DNA from: Promethearchaeota archaeon
Lineage (GTDB): Archaea > Asgardarchaeota > Lokiarchaeia > Sigyniarchaeales > SOKP01
Length of the DNA: 64,000 nucleotides
Assembly: GCA_016840165.1 (NCBI GenBank)
Contig: JAEOSU010000027.1
Coordinates: 1-64,000, forward strand
Reading direction: 5' to 3'
Shown here piece by piece: positions 48,428-58,480 of the stretch. The translations under genes and the position numbers were made by a program. Each line of letters opens with the position of its first letter. Within the stretch, counting starts at the first letter, position 1. The notes under the pieces were generated by a model. It searched no databases, was not told the DNA's origin, and saw only the letters and a program-made list of their open reading frames with translations.

Positions 48428-49309
48428 ATGTTATTAAAGGGAAAAAATATTATAATTACTGGCGCTGGAAGAGGTATCGGGAGGGCAATTTCCATTGCTT
48501 GCGCAAAAGAAGGTGCTAACCTCGGATTAATCTCCCGAACTCTGGAAGAAATAAGTGAAACTAAAGATATTATTCAATCTCAAGCAAGCTCTTCAAAAGT
48601 GGTTATAAAGGTGGCAGATGTGACGAAATACGATGATTTATCAAAAGCATTTAAGGAATTCTACGATGAATTAGGACAATTTAATGGAGTTGTTGCAAAT
48701 GCGGGATATTCTCGAATGTGGGCAACACACGAGTTTATTAATGAGAAGTTTTCCGAGATTTTAGATATTAATGTTTTGGGGGTGTTTTATACTTTCAAAG
48801 CCGCTTATGGATTCATGAAGAAGGATGATAAAAAGGATAAGGCACGGTTTTTAATAACTGGTAGTGAGGCTTATCCCTATGCACCCCAAAGATTGACAGC
48901 ATATGTTGCTAGTAAGTATGCTGTGGTTGGTATGCAAAAGGCGATGGCTACTGAGTATAAACGAGAAAATATCACATTTAATATGGTTTTGCCAACACAG
49001 GTTGATACACGATTGCTAAGAGGGAAGAATGCAGGAGATGGGAATAAACCTGATCACGTTTTAAATCCAACGGAGTTAAACGATTACTATCTCTTTTTAC
49101 TTAGTGATGATGCCAATAAAGTTGATGATACGCTTATTTTTACATATGATATCCAGGATATAAAAAAGCTTTTACATGATGCTCCAGTAGATAAAAATGA
49201 TAGTTGGGATAATTTTAAAGATTATTTAAAAGAAAAGTCATCAGAATTGTATGAGAAAGTCAAAAACCTAGGAAAGTTAATTGACTTCATAATTTCGCGG
49301 GAAAAATAG
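48428..49309 (+). CDS. Short-chain dehydrogenase/reductase
   Basis: TGAGRGIG, NAG and YVASK. Confidence 0.92.
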   Translation: MLLKGKNIIITGAGRGIGRAISIACAKEGANLGLISRTLEEISETKDIIQSQASSSKVVIKVADVTKYDDLSKAFKEFYDELGQFNGVVANAGYSRMWATHEFINEKFSEILDINVLGVFYTFKAAYGFMKKDDKKDKARFLITGSEAYPYAPQRLTAYVASKYAVVGMQKAMATEYKRENITFNMVLPTQVDTRLLRGKNAGDGNKPDHVLNPTELNDYYLFLLSDDANKVDDTLIFTYDIQDIKKLLHDAPVDKNDSWDNFKDYLKEKSSELYEKVKNLGKLIDFIISREK

Positions 49310-49381
49310 CTTTTCAACACAACGTTCTATTCGTAATATAATTAAGTTCATTAGAAATCAATGATTGTATACTAATAGAAA

Positions 49382-49999
49382 ATGACCGAAAAAGCGAATG
49401 ATAACAGCGAGAAAACGCAATTTGAGGGGATCATTGAAAAGGATAAAGTAATCCTTATTGATAAAAATGCAATTGATGAGTTTTACTATAATTCCTATAT
49501 CGGAACACTAGAAGAGTCTAGTAAGAGTGAAATTAAGTTAATTTTGGATCCTATTGAAGTACTTTTATTGAGCGAACGTAATAGAATTTTATTATGGAAA
49601 GATAATGTTAAAAAAAATCAATTATATGATTTTGAAAGTCTACTAACATATTTTACCAAGTTTGATCAACGATTATGGCAGAAGTACATTATTTATATGG
49701 ATTTAAGAAAACGTGGATATATCGTTAGACCTGGATATGGTGAGGGAATCGATTTTCTCGTATATAAACGTGGATCGGACTTTGAAAATGATTCTGCTAA
49801 ATATTTGATATATCCAGTATTTGAAGGAGATCCTGTTGAGTTAAAGGAGTTAGATAGAATGTCACGAGTCGCTTTAAGCTCTCGGAAAGATTTAATTGTT
49901 GCAACTGTCGATAGATTAAGTAAACCAATTTACTATAGCGTAAACAAATTTGAAATAATTAATAAAATTAATTTAGATGAAAGAGAATATGCCCGATAG
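49382..49999 (+). CDS. endA: tRNA splicing endonuclease subunit, probably non-catalytic (structural)
   Basis: L.PIE.L.L, Y.DLRKRGY.V..G...G.DF.VY and R.A.S.RK.LI.A.VD. Catalytic Tyr and His positions appear substituted. Confidence 0.85.
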   Translation: MTEKANDNSEKTQFEGIIEKDKVILIDKNAIDEFYYNSYIGTLEESSKSEIKLILDPIEVLLLSERNRILLWKDNVKKNQLYDFESLLTYFTKFDQRLWQKYIIYMDLRKRGYIVRPGYGEGIDFLVYKRGSDFENDSAKYLIYPVFEGDPVELKELDRMSRVALSSRKDLIVATVDRLSKPIYYSVNKFEIINKINLDEREYAR

Positions 50000-51641
50000 A
50001 TTTGCTTGTGATACTTCCGTCATATTTAACGGATTAATCATTGATCTAATAGAAGATGGTGAATTAGGAGATCATCCTGAAATCTTCATTTCAAATATAG
50101 TTGTAGCCGAAGTCGAATATCGTACAAACATTCAAAAAGAAATCGGATTCTATGGATTAAATGTATTAAAAAAATTGCGACAATTCCATAATGAAGGAAA
50201 GATAACTCTAAATGTTATTGGTCACCGCCCCACTCGAGAAGAAATAAAGATGGCTCCGGGAGGAGAATTAGATGCCCTGATTCGAGAAAATGCAGGTGAA
50301 AATGATGCAATTTTGATAACTGCTGACAAAATCCAAGGAGATGTAGGCGTTTTTGAAGGCATTGAAGTAATGCTAGTAAAGGAAAAAGTACTCCATAAGG
50401 AAATCACTCCAGATTCCTTAAGAATCATGACTTTTTTTGATGAAGATACGATGAGCATCCATTTAAAACGAGGATTACCTCCATATGCAAAAAAAGGAAG
50501 TCCTGGAAATTGGTATATGGAGCAAGTAGGAGATGAGATAATTGATAAGAAGAAAATTGAAGAGATTGCATTAGAAATCATAGAATATGTACGAGAAGAC
50601 CCACATTCTTTTATAGAAATAGAAAAATATGGTGCAGTGGTCACCCAATTACGAGATTTACGTATTGTAATCACTCGACCACCGTTTTCGAATGATGTAG
50701 AAATAACCGCTGTCAAACCTCTTGTTAATTTGACTTTAGACGATTATTCATTAGATATGCGAATTCGAAAGAGGTTAGAAAAAGCAGAAGGGATATTAGT
50801 TTCTGGTTCTCCAGGAGCAGGAAAAAGTACTTTCTCAGCAGCCTTAGCAAATTATTATTCACAAAAAAATATGGTAGTGAAAACATTAGAAAGTGTAAGG
50901 GATTTACAAGTTAATCCTAATATTACCCAATATACTAAGTTGGAGGGTAGCTTAGAGAAATCTGCCGACATTCTCTTGCTTGTGAGACCTGATTTCACTA
51001 TTTTTGATGAAGTCAGAACAACTAAAGATTTTCAAATTTTTGCAGACTTTAGATTGTCCGGAGTAGGAATGGTAGGGGTTGTTCATTCTTCATCTGCTAT
51101 AGATGCTGTCCAAAGGTTTATAGGTCGTGTTGAGCTTGGGATGCTTCCCTCAATAATCGATACCATTATTTTTATTGAGAATGGCGATGTTTCCACAGTT
51201 CTCGCATTAAAAATGACTGTCAAAGTCCCCCATGGATTTCGGGATAAAGATTTGGCTAGACCAGTAGTGGAGGTTAGAGATTATTTAACTAAGAAATTAG
51301 AATTCGAAATGTATTCTTTTGGACAAGATATTGTTGTTAACCCGATAAACCCTTCAAAATCAAAAAGTGAACGACGTAATTTCGATTTCAATCTTGATAA
51401 ATGGCAAAAAAGTGGTAAAAGAATTTCCTTAGATATTATCGAATTCAAGAAAAAGTTAATTATACGTGCTGATGAAGATTTTGCTAGCAGGAATATAGAT
51501 GTGTATGCTGGTAATCATATTATCTTCAGCGGTTCCTTAAGTAGGAATGCAGAAATATCACTCTCAATGCCTAACCGAGAGGCGAAACAAATACAAAAAG
51601 AATTAAGAAAAAATTCTGATATCTATGGAATTTTAAAATAA
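49989..51641 (+). CDS. PINA (PIN domain + P-loop ATPase)
   Basis: DTSV PIN start, GELDALIR, GSPGAGKST, RDLQ, LVRPD..IFDEVR and GRVELG. The ATG at 49989 overlaps the endA stop region. Confidence 0.92.
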   Translation: MPDRFACDTSVIFNGLIIDLIEDGELGDHPEIFISNIVVAEVEYRTNIQKEIGFYGLNVLKKLRQFHNEGKITLNVIGHRPTREEIKMAPGGELDALIRENAGENDAILITADKIQGDVGVFEGIEVMLVKEKVLHKEITPDSLRIMTFFDEDTMSIHLKRGLPPYAKKGSPGNWYMEQVGDEIIDKKKIEEIALEIIEYVREDPHSFIEIEKYGAVVTQLRDLRIVITRPPFSNDVEITAVKPLVNLTLDDYSLDMRIRKRLEKAEGILVSGSPGAGKSTFSAALANYYSQKNMVVKTLESVRDLQVNPNITQYTKLEGSLEKSADILLLVRPDFTIFDEVRTTKDFQIFADFRLSGVGMVGVVHSSSAIDAVQRFIGRVELGMLPSIIDTIIFIENGDVSTVLALKMTVKVPHGFRDKDLARPVVEVRDYLTKKLEFEMYSFGQDIVVNPINPSKSKSERRNFDFNLDKWQKSGKRISLDIIEFKKKLIIRADEDFASRNIDVYAGNHIIFSGSLSRNAEISLSMPNREAKQIQKELRKNSDIYGILK

Positions 51642-51698
51642 TGTGAGTTTGGTAAAAATTTATAATTATTGTTGAGCCTAAGTATTATGATTTTAAAT

Positions 51699-52346
51699 TT
51701 AGAGTTTAAAATCTTCTTCTAAATTTAAAATAATAAGATTATCCATGATGAAAAAGACATACTTTAGATTTTTAAAATTCCTTAATGATAAACCAAATTC
51801 ACTTAAATAAAGACCAGATCTCATTATACCGTTTAATGCAAGTAATAGAAGCAAAGATGCTAAAGATAACACAAAATTTAGTTCTACAAAATAGATTGCT
51901 AAGAAAGTAATAACCAATGTGGTACAACCAATTAATACATTTAGCTTTCTATAAAATGGAGAATAGACTTTTACAATTGAACCTTTTAAAATAGCAGCCA
52001 ATCCTATTAGAAGCACTGGAATTGAGACAAAAAAAACCACATAACTTAAAGTAACATGTGGATATGAAAAGATCAACCAAAACATAAAAGCGGAGAATAA
52101 CATATAAAAAGTACCTAGAATTGTTTTGACGACTTTCATGATAATAGTCCTATCTTTATTAGTAAAAAGTCTATAAAAATAATATAACCCATATATGAAA
52201 AGGGAGGAGAGTGGGTAAATTATAAGCGACATAATCAAAAATAGTCTAAAATATATAAATAAAAATATAATACCGATAATTAATATCCCAGATATTATAT
52301 TATCGCATCGTAATTTTCTTTTATTCACTAATTCGTTAATATCCAT
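51699..52346 (-). CDS. Hypothetical membrane protein (about 6 TM; HdeD/DUF308-like)
   Basis: Hydrophobic helices throughout. Confidence 0.65.
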   Translation of the reverse strand: MDINELVNKRKLRCDNIISGILIIGIIFLFIYFRLFLIMSLIIYPLSSLFIYGLYYFYRLFTNKDRTIIMKVVKTILGTFYMLFSAFMFWLIFSYPHVTLSYVVFFVSIPVLLIGLAAILKGSIVKVYSPFYRKLNVLIGCTTLVITFLAIYFVELNFVLSLASLLLLLALNGIMRSGLYLSEFGLSLRNFKNLKYVFFIMDNLIILNLEEDFKL

Positions 52347-52461
52347 GATAAGAATTGAGTGCTATTATATTTATATTTAGCATGGAAATTTATATATTTT
52401 TTTATTTATCACTTTGAAAAAGTGAATTGATGAAAGAATATTTGATTTAAGGTACGCTAAT

Positions 52462-53214
52462 TTATTTCTTTTCTAATTCTTTTAATTTTTCTACAATTGG
52501 AGGTAGAACATTAATAATATCTTCGTTAAATCGTAGATCAGGATTATATCTTGGCGGAATCTCCCCACGATTGAGAATAATGAGTTTTGCGCCGTTTTGT
52601 TTTGCATATAAGGGTAATTCAGCTGCAGGATAGACCACTAATGAAGATCCAATTACAAAAAATACATCTGAATCGATTGATCTCCTTATTGCCTCATTGA
52701 GTTCATCTGCGGGCAATGGATCATTAAAATTTACAATGCTTGATACTAATCTTCCATTACATTTAGGACATTTTGGTTGGTCTTTATGAGGTGTATCTGT
52801 GAGATAACCATTTCCCCAGATATTTTTATCCCAACCTACCTCAGTAAAAGAGAATTTTGTATTGCAATTAAGGCATTTCATAAAGTGTCGGTTACCATGC
52901 AATTCCGCCAACATTTCAAAAGGAATACCCGATTTAGCATGTAGTCCGTCTACATTCTGAGATATAACATAATCTAATTTTCCGAGTTTTAATAACTCGA
53001 CCACAGCATAATGAGCCGCATTAGGTTTAACTTGATTCCATGGTACTGATTTGGGAGGTGGAAGATTCTTCTCTCTTCTAGTCCAGACACCGTCGGGACC
53101 TCGGTAATCAGGTAATCCCGAATGAGTTGAAATTCCAGCGCCCGTAAAGACAACTAATTTTTTTGATTCAGAAATCCATTTAACTGCTAATTCTATTTTC
53201 TCATGTAATTCCAT
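52462..53214 (-). CDS. Sir2-family NAD-dependent deacylase (class IV, SIRT6/7-like motifs)
   Basis: GAGIST.SG.PDYRGPDGVWT, SQNVDGLH, LAELHGN, CxxC...CxxC and GSSL.V.PAA. Confidence 0.93.
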   Translation of the reverse strand: MELHEKIELAVKWISESKKLVVFTGAGISTHSGLPDYRGPDGVWTRREKNLPPPKSVPWNQVKPNAAHYAVVELLKLGKLDYVISQNVDGLHAKSGIPFEMLAELHGNRHFMKCLNCNTKFSFTEVGWDKNIWGNGYLTDTPHKDQPKCPKCNGRLVSSIVNFNDPLPADELNEAIRRSIDSDVFFVIGSSLVVYPAAELPLYAKQNGAKLIILNRGEIPPRYNPDLRFNEDIINVLPPIVEKLKELEKK

Positions 53215-53424
53215 ATTAAAATTAGAAATTAATTATATATAAAAATATACTGATTAAACGTAGTAAACTAATCCACTTATGCTTTAAATAAACTTTTAAA
53301 AAATTTAAATCATTAAACAATCCCTTTTTAAAGGTAAAGAATTATACATAATTGGACAATATTAACCTAAAGTTTTTATGTTCATACGTTGAAATATTAA
53401 TCAATAGTTAAAGGTTGAGTGTAA

Positions 53425-53817
53425 TTGACGTTTGCAATTCAATTTAAAGAAGATGCTATTAGAAGTATTCAGAGAGACTATATTCAAGTTAAATGTAATC
53501 CTTTACAATTAATGTTGATAAAAAAAATCTCGGAGGCTATATGTGAACAGATCGATATTCCAATTTTAGCCATAAGAGCAGCAACTTGGTATGCTTTAAA
53601 AGAATGGCAGTTGAAATATAATAAATCCATCTCCGAGTTAAACTCTTCGGATATTAAAAGTAAAATTATCGCTGGAAAAGACATTTTCGATATAGGAAAG
53701 AATATTCTGAAGCAGTTTTTAAAAGAGCCAAAAAATGAAAATGAAATAAAATTGGATATCGTATATGAAAAAGCATTTAAAATATACTTAGAAATTATTA
53801 ATCGAATGAATGGCTAA
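53425..53817 (+). CDS. Hypothetical protein
   Basis: 130-aa helical ORF filling the gap. TTG start. Confidence 0.55.
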   Translation: MTFAIQFKEDAIRSIQRDYIQVKCNPLQLMLIKKISEAICEQIDIPILAIRAATWYALKEWQLKYNKSISELNSSDIKSKIIAGKDIFDIGKNILKQFLKEPKNENEIKLDIVYEKAFKIYLEIINRMNG

Positions 53818-54566
53818 TGATTTCTTTTTTCTAGTTTTTTGATAAATCTTGCGAAATTTAATTCTAAATCGTAAATTTGAATCCTTTGTAATGGTTCATC
53901 AAAATTAGCTAAGGTAGATAAATCATGAGAATCGCAACCAATTGAAACCAAAATATCATTAGTTTTTAATTCCTTGAAAAAGAATTTATAACGTTGAGAA
54001 TAAAAATCTGGATAGCTTGAATTGAATTCAAAATAGATATCGTATCTTTTTAAGAAGCTGATTAAAGTCCCTAATGAGCTATATTCAAAAAAAGAGGGGT
54101 CAAAATGCGCTAAGCCAATAAGACATTCATCATAATTTTTACCATATCTTTGCTCCCAGTTTAATAAAATATTCTTCACGAAGCCTATTCCCTCAACATT
54201 TTCAAGATATTCAAATAAGATGATATCAAAATTTTCTGGAACGATCATCTTCGTGATATAGTCATAAGAACTACTAATGTCAATTTCAATTCCCTTTAAT
54301 AAGGTTAATTGTCCCCCATAATCGATTAATTCTTGTTGCAAATCTGACAATTCCGTTATATATTTTTCAATTTTAGCTTTTGTATTTAGATTAGGTATAA
54401 CATTCGCTTTCCATGAATTTGTAAAATGATCAGTAATGCATATATAGTTTAATCCTAAGTTTAGCGCCTTCTCAACAATATCTCTTATTGAATTTTTTCC
54501 ATCTGAATATATTGAATGAATATGTAAATTTATCTTAGGAAAGGGCATCATTAAAGCAAAGTTCAA
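53814..54566 (-). CDS. PHP-domain phosphoesterase
   Basis: NLHIHSIYSDG, ITDH, GIE, AH and GCDSH. Confidence 0.9.
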   Translation of the reverse strand: MNFALMMPFPKINLHIHSIYSDGKNSIRDIVEKALNLGLNYICITDHFTNSWKANVIPNLNTKAKIEKYITELSDLQQELIDYGGQLTLLKGIEIDISSSYDYITKMIVPENFDIILFEYLENVEGIGFVKNILLNWEQRYGKNYDECLIGLAHFDPSFFEYSSLGTLISFLKRYDIYFEFNSSYPDFYSQRYKFFFKELKTNDILVSIGCDSHDLSTLANFDEPLQRIQIYDLELNFARFIKKLEKRNH

Positions 54567-56428
54567 TATGATTTTGATTCCTTGTAATTAAACCACATTA
54601 AAATTGAACTAAATATCATTGTAAATTCAAGAAAGATTAAAAGACCGCTAAATATGAATTTACTAGCTAATTGAGGTATAAGTGTTGCACCAAGAGAGAT
54701 TTCTTGGATGACTACGATATCATTTAATATAATAAGGATAATGAAGAAGTTAACTACTATAAAAATTAATTCTAAACTTATTAGTAAAGAAGTCACAAAG
54801 AGTAGGATCTTTGACTTTTTCTTTCCTAGTTCGATTATCTGAGCCTTACCTAAATTAATAGCAACTACTTGTTTATCTACTTTTTTTACAAAATAATAAA
54901 CCATTTCTCGAAGTGATATAACATCAAAAACTAACAATCCAATATTAAATATACAAATTAAGATTAATATTCGATTCAATAAAACCATCGAAGGATTGAT
55001 TATGGAAAAGTTATTAATTAACCAAATAAATATGGCTAAAATTAGAATGAGAGAAATTTTGATGCCCGCTAATGTCAATCTGACTGAGTGGCGATCTGTA
55101 ATCGTTAATAAGTAATAAGTAACACCTACTATGGAGATAATGAAACCAAGGAGAATTGCGGTTAAAGATAAGAATAAGGAGAAGAACAAAAATAAGATAC
55201 TAATAAGTATTGGTAAAAAAGGAAAAAATGGTGCTTTAAAGGGACGATCTAAAGATTTTCTCTTTCTTCGGAGTTTAACGGCAGCATAATTTACTGTAGC
55301 TAAGCCAAAGAAAAAAATAAAACTCACTGTTTCTGCCGTTAATCCAATTTCAGCAAAAAAGGTAAAGATACTAACAATTATTACAGTAATTATCAAAGCA
55401 ATAGGAGGAAAATTAGATACTTTTTTCTTTTCTTTTATTTTTGCAGGTAGATAGCGATCTCTTGCTAATGCAGTTATTATACTTACTCCCGAACCTAATG
55501 AAGCATTTATAGCTATTAACGTGGAAATAAGAATTGCTAAAGCCATAATAAAAAATCCAATCATCCCAAATGGACCTAAAATATTCATTAAAATATTGCC
55601 TAAAAGAATTGGACTGTCATTTAGAGTACTTGCATCATTTCCAATATTGATTAATACTACCACAGTTACTAATAGGTAAATTCCTAAAGCAATCAATATT
55701 GCTAGCATGTATATTCTTGGTATGGATTTTGAAGGATTTTTTAGATTTACACTCAGATATGCAAGATTTGACGTAATCGAGGTATAACATATAAATAAGA
55801 GGGAAAAGATCGAAATAACACTAAAAAAGTCCGTACCACTCAAGAGAAATTCAGGATTATAAGTAGGAGGCCTAATAATTGGTGAGATAATAAGTCCGCA
55901 AACAATAAAGAACCCCAAAATACCAATTAGACTTATAGTTAAATAAATTAAAGCCTTTATTGCAATGTGTTGAGCACGAAAAATGACCACACTCGTAAAA
56001 ATTATCGCAATTATTGCAATTGGAGCCGTAAAAGGAGAAATTACGCTAATTCCAAATTTCTTGAATACTTCATCAAAAAGTAAAGCGAATATTTGTGCAG
56101 AGAACGAACAAGACGCTATATTAGCAATCCATAAAAAGAAGCCGATAATAAACGCTAAAAATCCGCCTAAGCCTTCTTTACTGAAATTATAGGCACCACC
56201 GGCGATTGGAAGGCTTGTAGATAGTTCAGCGTAATTCAGAGCAGTAAAAAAGATTAATATTCCTCCCAGAAGCAGACTTATAAGCACACCTGGACCAGCA
56301 ATTCTTATTGCATCACCTAATAGGATAAAAATGGAGCCACCAATCCCACATCCAATCCCATAGAGGACTCCTTGAGAAGATTTTACGCCTCTTCCTGATA
56401 AAATTTCTTCTTGTTTAGTTTCATTCAT
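54563..56428 (-). CDS. APC-family amino acid permease with extra C-terminal TM helices
   Basis: IGGSIF, AGP, YAEL....P.AGG.Y, ALARD..LP and RPFKAP. Confidence 0.88.
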   Translation of the reverse strand: MNETKQEEILSGRGVKSSQGVLYGIGCGIGGSIFILLGDAIRIAGPGVLISLLLGGILIFFTALNYAELSTSLPIAGGAYNFSKEGLGGFLAFIIGFFLWIANIASCSFSAQIFALLFDEVFKKFGISVISPFTAPIAIIAIIFTSVVIFRAQHIAIKALIYLTISLIGILGFFIVCGLIISPIIRPPTYNPEFLLSGTDFFSVISIFSLLFICYTSITSNLAYLSVNLKNPSKSIPRIYMLAILIALGIYLLVTVVVLINIGNDASTLNDSPILLGNILMNILGPFGMIGFFIMALAILISTLIAINASLGSGVSIITALARDRYLPAKIKEKKKVSNFPPIALIITVIIVSIFTFFAEIGLTAETVSFIFFFGLATVNYAAVKLRRKRKSLDRPFKAPFFPFLPILISILFLFFSLFLSLTAILLGFIISIVGVTYYLLTITDRHSVRLTLAGIKISLILILAIFIWLINNFSIINPSMVLLNRILILICIFNIGLLVFDVISLREMVYYFVKKVDKQVVAINLGKAQIIELGKKKSKILLFVTSLLISLELIFIVVNFFIILIILNDIVVIQEISLGATLIPQLASKFIFSGLLIFLEFTMIFSSILMWFNYKESKSY

Positions 56429-56488
56429 TATTAATCTTTTAGAGCAATTTTTAGGAGAAAAGATTTATATAGATATTAAGATCATATA

Positions 56489-57982
56489 TTAAGATTTTTC
56501 TAAATGAAAGATTCCCGAAATAATCATAAATCCCGCACTAATCAACAATAATAAACTAATAAAGCTCATATTAAAATCTCCAATTTCAATTAGAGGAACT
56601 CCACCAAAATCAATGAAATTAAATATATCACCAATTGCTAAGATAATGAAGAAGATCCCTACCCCTATTAATATCCCACCAAAAAATTTGGAAAGCCTAT
56701 AAATTAATGAAAGTGTCTCCAATCGATTAATTCGGCTTTCTTTATCTCTTATTTCTTCTTCTTGGTTTTCTAATTCGGTTTTCAGTTTCTGAAGGAGAGC
56801 TTTTGCATCATTCGTACTCTCATCAATAAGTTCCTTTGATTTTACTAATTTTTCATTCTCTTTTTGCATGTCTTCAAATTTTTCTGATAAAGAATTCAAT
56901 CTCTCCTCTCGTTCGATATATTCATTATTGGTATTTTCAATATTTGCTTTTAAATCTTCTAAACGTTTTTCATTTACTTCTATTAGATCTTTCTGTTTCT
57001 CGATTTGACTTTTTATAGTATCAGATGATTCATTTAAGCTTTGAATTTTTGATTCCATTTCAATTAATTTCTGCTGTTTTTCAGAAAGCTGAACTTTATA
57101 TTTAGCAAGTAATTCCTCATAAGTTTCTCTTTGCTCTTCCATCTCTGGGAATCCTTCTTTATAATCCTGAATTTGTTGTTCAATTAATTTGATCCGTGAT
57201 TCGCGTTTTTCAATTTGTTCTGTTAATAATTTTTTCTCTTCTTCTTTTACCTCTATTTCTTTGTTAGTATGATCTAATTCAAATTTATTTTTTTCAATCG
57301 TGGCTTTCATTGTTTCATTTTCTGCTTTTAAGCTTTTAATTTTCTTTTCTAAGGCTTCAGTCTCTTCTTTTTGATTTTCAATGAGATCATTATTTTCTTG
57401 GATATTTTTTTTCAATTTGGAAAGTCCATTCCTAAGTTCTTCTTGAGAGGTTACTTTTTCTTTTACACTGTCGGTAAGGACTATTAAATCCACTTGTCTT
57501 GCTTCGTATGTTTTCACTAACTGTTCATTTTGTTTTAACAGTTCTTTATATTCCTCTTCAAGATTTTCTTTACTTTCTTTAATTATATTAAGACTCTCTT
57601 CTAGATTCTGCATCTCTTTATTTTTCTTATTGTATTTCTCTTCCAAAATTCTAGTAGTCTCTTCTAACGCGGATAAATATTCATCTTTAGCATTAACTTT
57701 TTTATTAATTGTACCCAGACGCTCTTCTGCTTCAAGAATTTCTTGATTAATCTCCTCAAGTTCTTTCCTTTCTTTTACTTTAATCTCTTCATCTGAACCA
57801 TTTTCTTTGATTGTTTCCGAGATGTCTTCTATGCTATTCTCAGAGGTTCGTATTTTTTTATCTATCATATCTCTAGAATTTTTTGCTTTAGATAAAAATT
57901 CTTTATCAACTCTCTCGATATCCTTCTCTAATTTACTGTCTGCTTTACTATCCTTCTCTTCTTCTTTTAAATCGTCGGTCAT
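56489..57982 (-). CDS. Long coiled-coil protein with C-terminal membrane hairpin
   Basis: About 425 aa of E/K-rich heptads followed by two hydrophobic helices. Confidence 0.8.
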   Translation of the reverse strand: MTDDLKEEEKDSKADSKLEKDIERVDKEFLSKAKNSRDMIDKKIRTSENSIEDISETIKENGSDEEIKVKERKELEEINQEILEAEERLGTINKKVNAKDEYLSALEETTRILEEKYNKKNKEMQNLEESLNIIKESKENLEEEYKELLKQNEQLVKTYEARQVDLIVLTDSVKEKVTSQEELRNGLSKLKKNIQENNDLIENQKEETEALEKKIKSLKAENETMKATIEKNKFELDHTNKEIEVKEEEKKLLTEQIEKRESRIKLIEQQIQDYKEGFPEMEEQRETYEELLAKYKVQLSEKQQKLIEMESKIQSLNESSDTIKSQIEKQKDLIEVNEKRLEDLKANIENTNNEYIEREERLNSLSEKFEDMQKENEKLVKSKELIDESTNDAKALLQKLKTELENQEEEIRDKESRINRLETLSLIYRLSKFFGGILIGVGIFFIILAIGDIFNFIDFGGVPLIEIGDFNMSFISLLLLISAGFMIISGIFHLEKS

Positions 57983-58480
57983 TTCATTATATTTGTATTG
58001 AATTGGTTTTAATTTTTATTAAATAGGAAGTAGTATTAGAAATTTAAAGTTTAATTTTTATTTAAATATGAAAAATAATTTTGCTTTTGTACAAATATGC
58101 TTTTAATAAAATCAATTAATATTTTATTATTCATCGATTACACTTCCTTAGTAAATATACGTAATTAATATTTTTAAGCTTTTGACATTTTCTTTCAATT
58201 CATAAGTTAGGGTAAAAATTTAAACGATAGATTTAAATATGAGTATGACTTGGAAAAAAATTTTATTATGATTTCATTCTATAAAAATTTGAATGATATT
58301 AAATCGTTAAAAGAGTAAATATATCATATAGTTGAGAGTAAATAAATTTTCGCTCAAAAAATAATCATGGAAAACATTATCAATTTGGCTTAGCATATTT
58401 GTCAGGTTTTTCATCAAAATTTTCATACGTTGCTCTAGGATCCGATATACCTAACTAATTTAAGGGATTTTTTCTTGTTT

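Noticed and set aside
50222-50716. 164-aa minus-strand ORF and other 60-110-aa ORFs nested in long genes
   Set aside because: They lie antisense or out of frame within well-supported genes (here PINA) and show no family motifs.
57983-58480. About 500-bp very AT-rich intergenic region as a replication origin or ncRNA
   Set aside because: No ORB-like repeats, no neighbouring cdc6/orc1 and no stable GC-rich structure visible.
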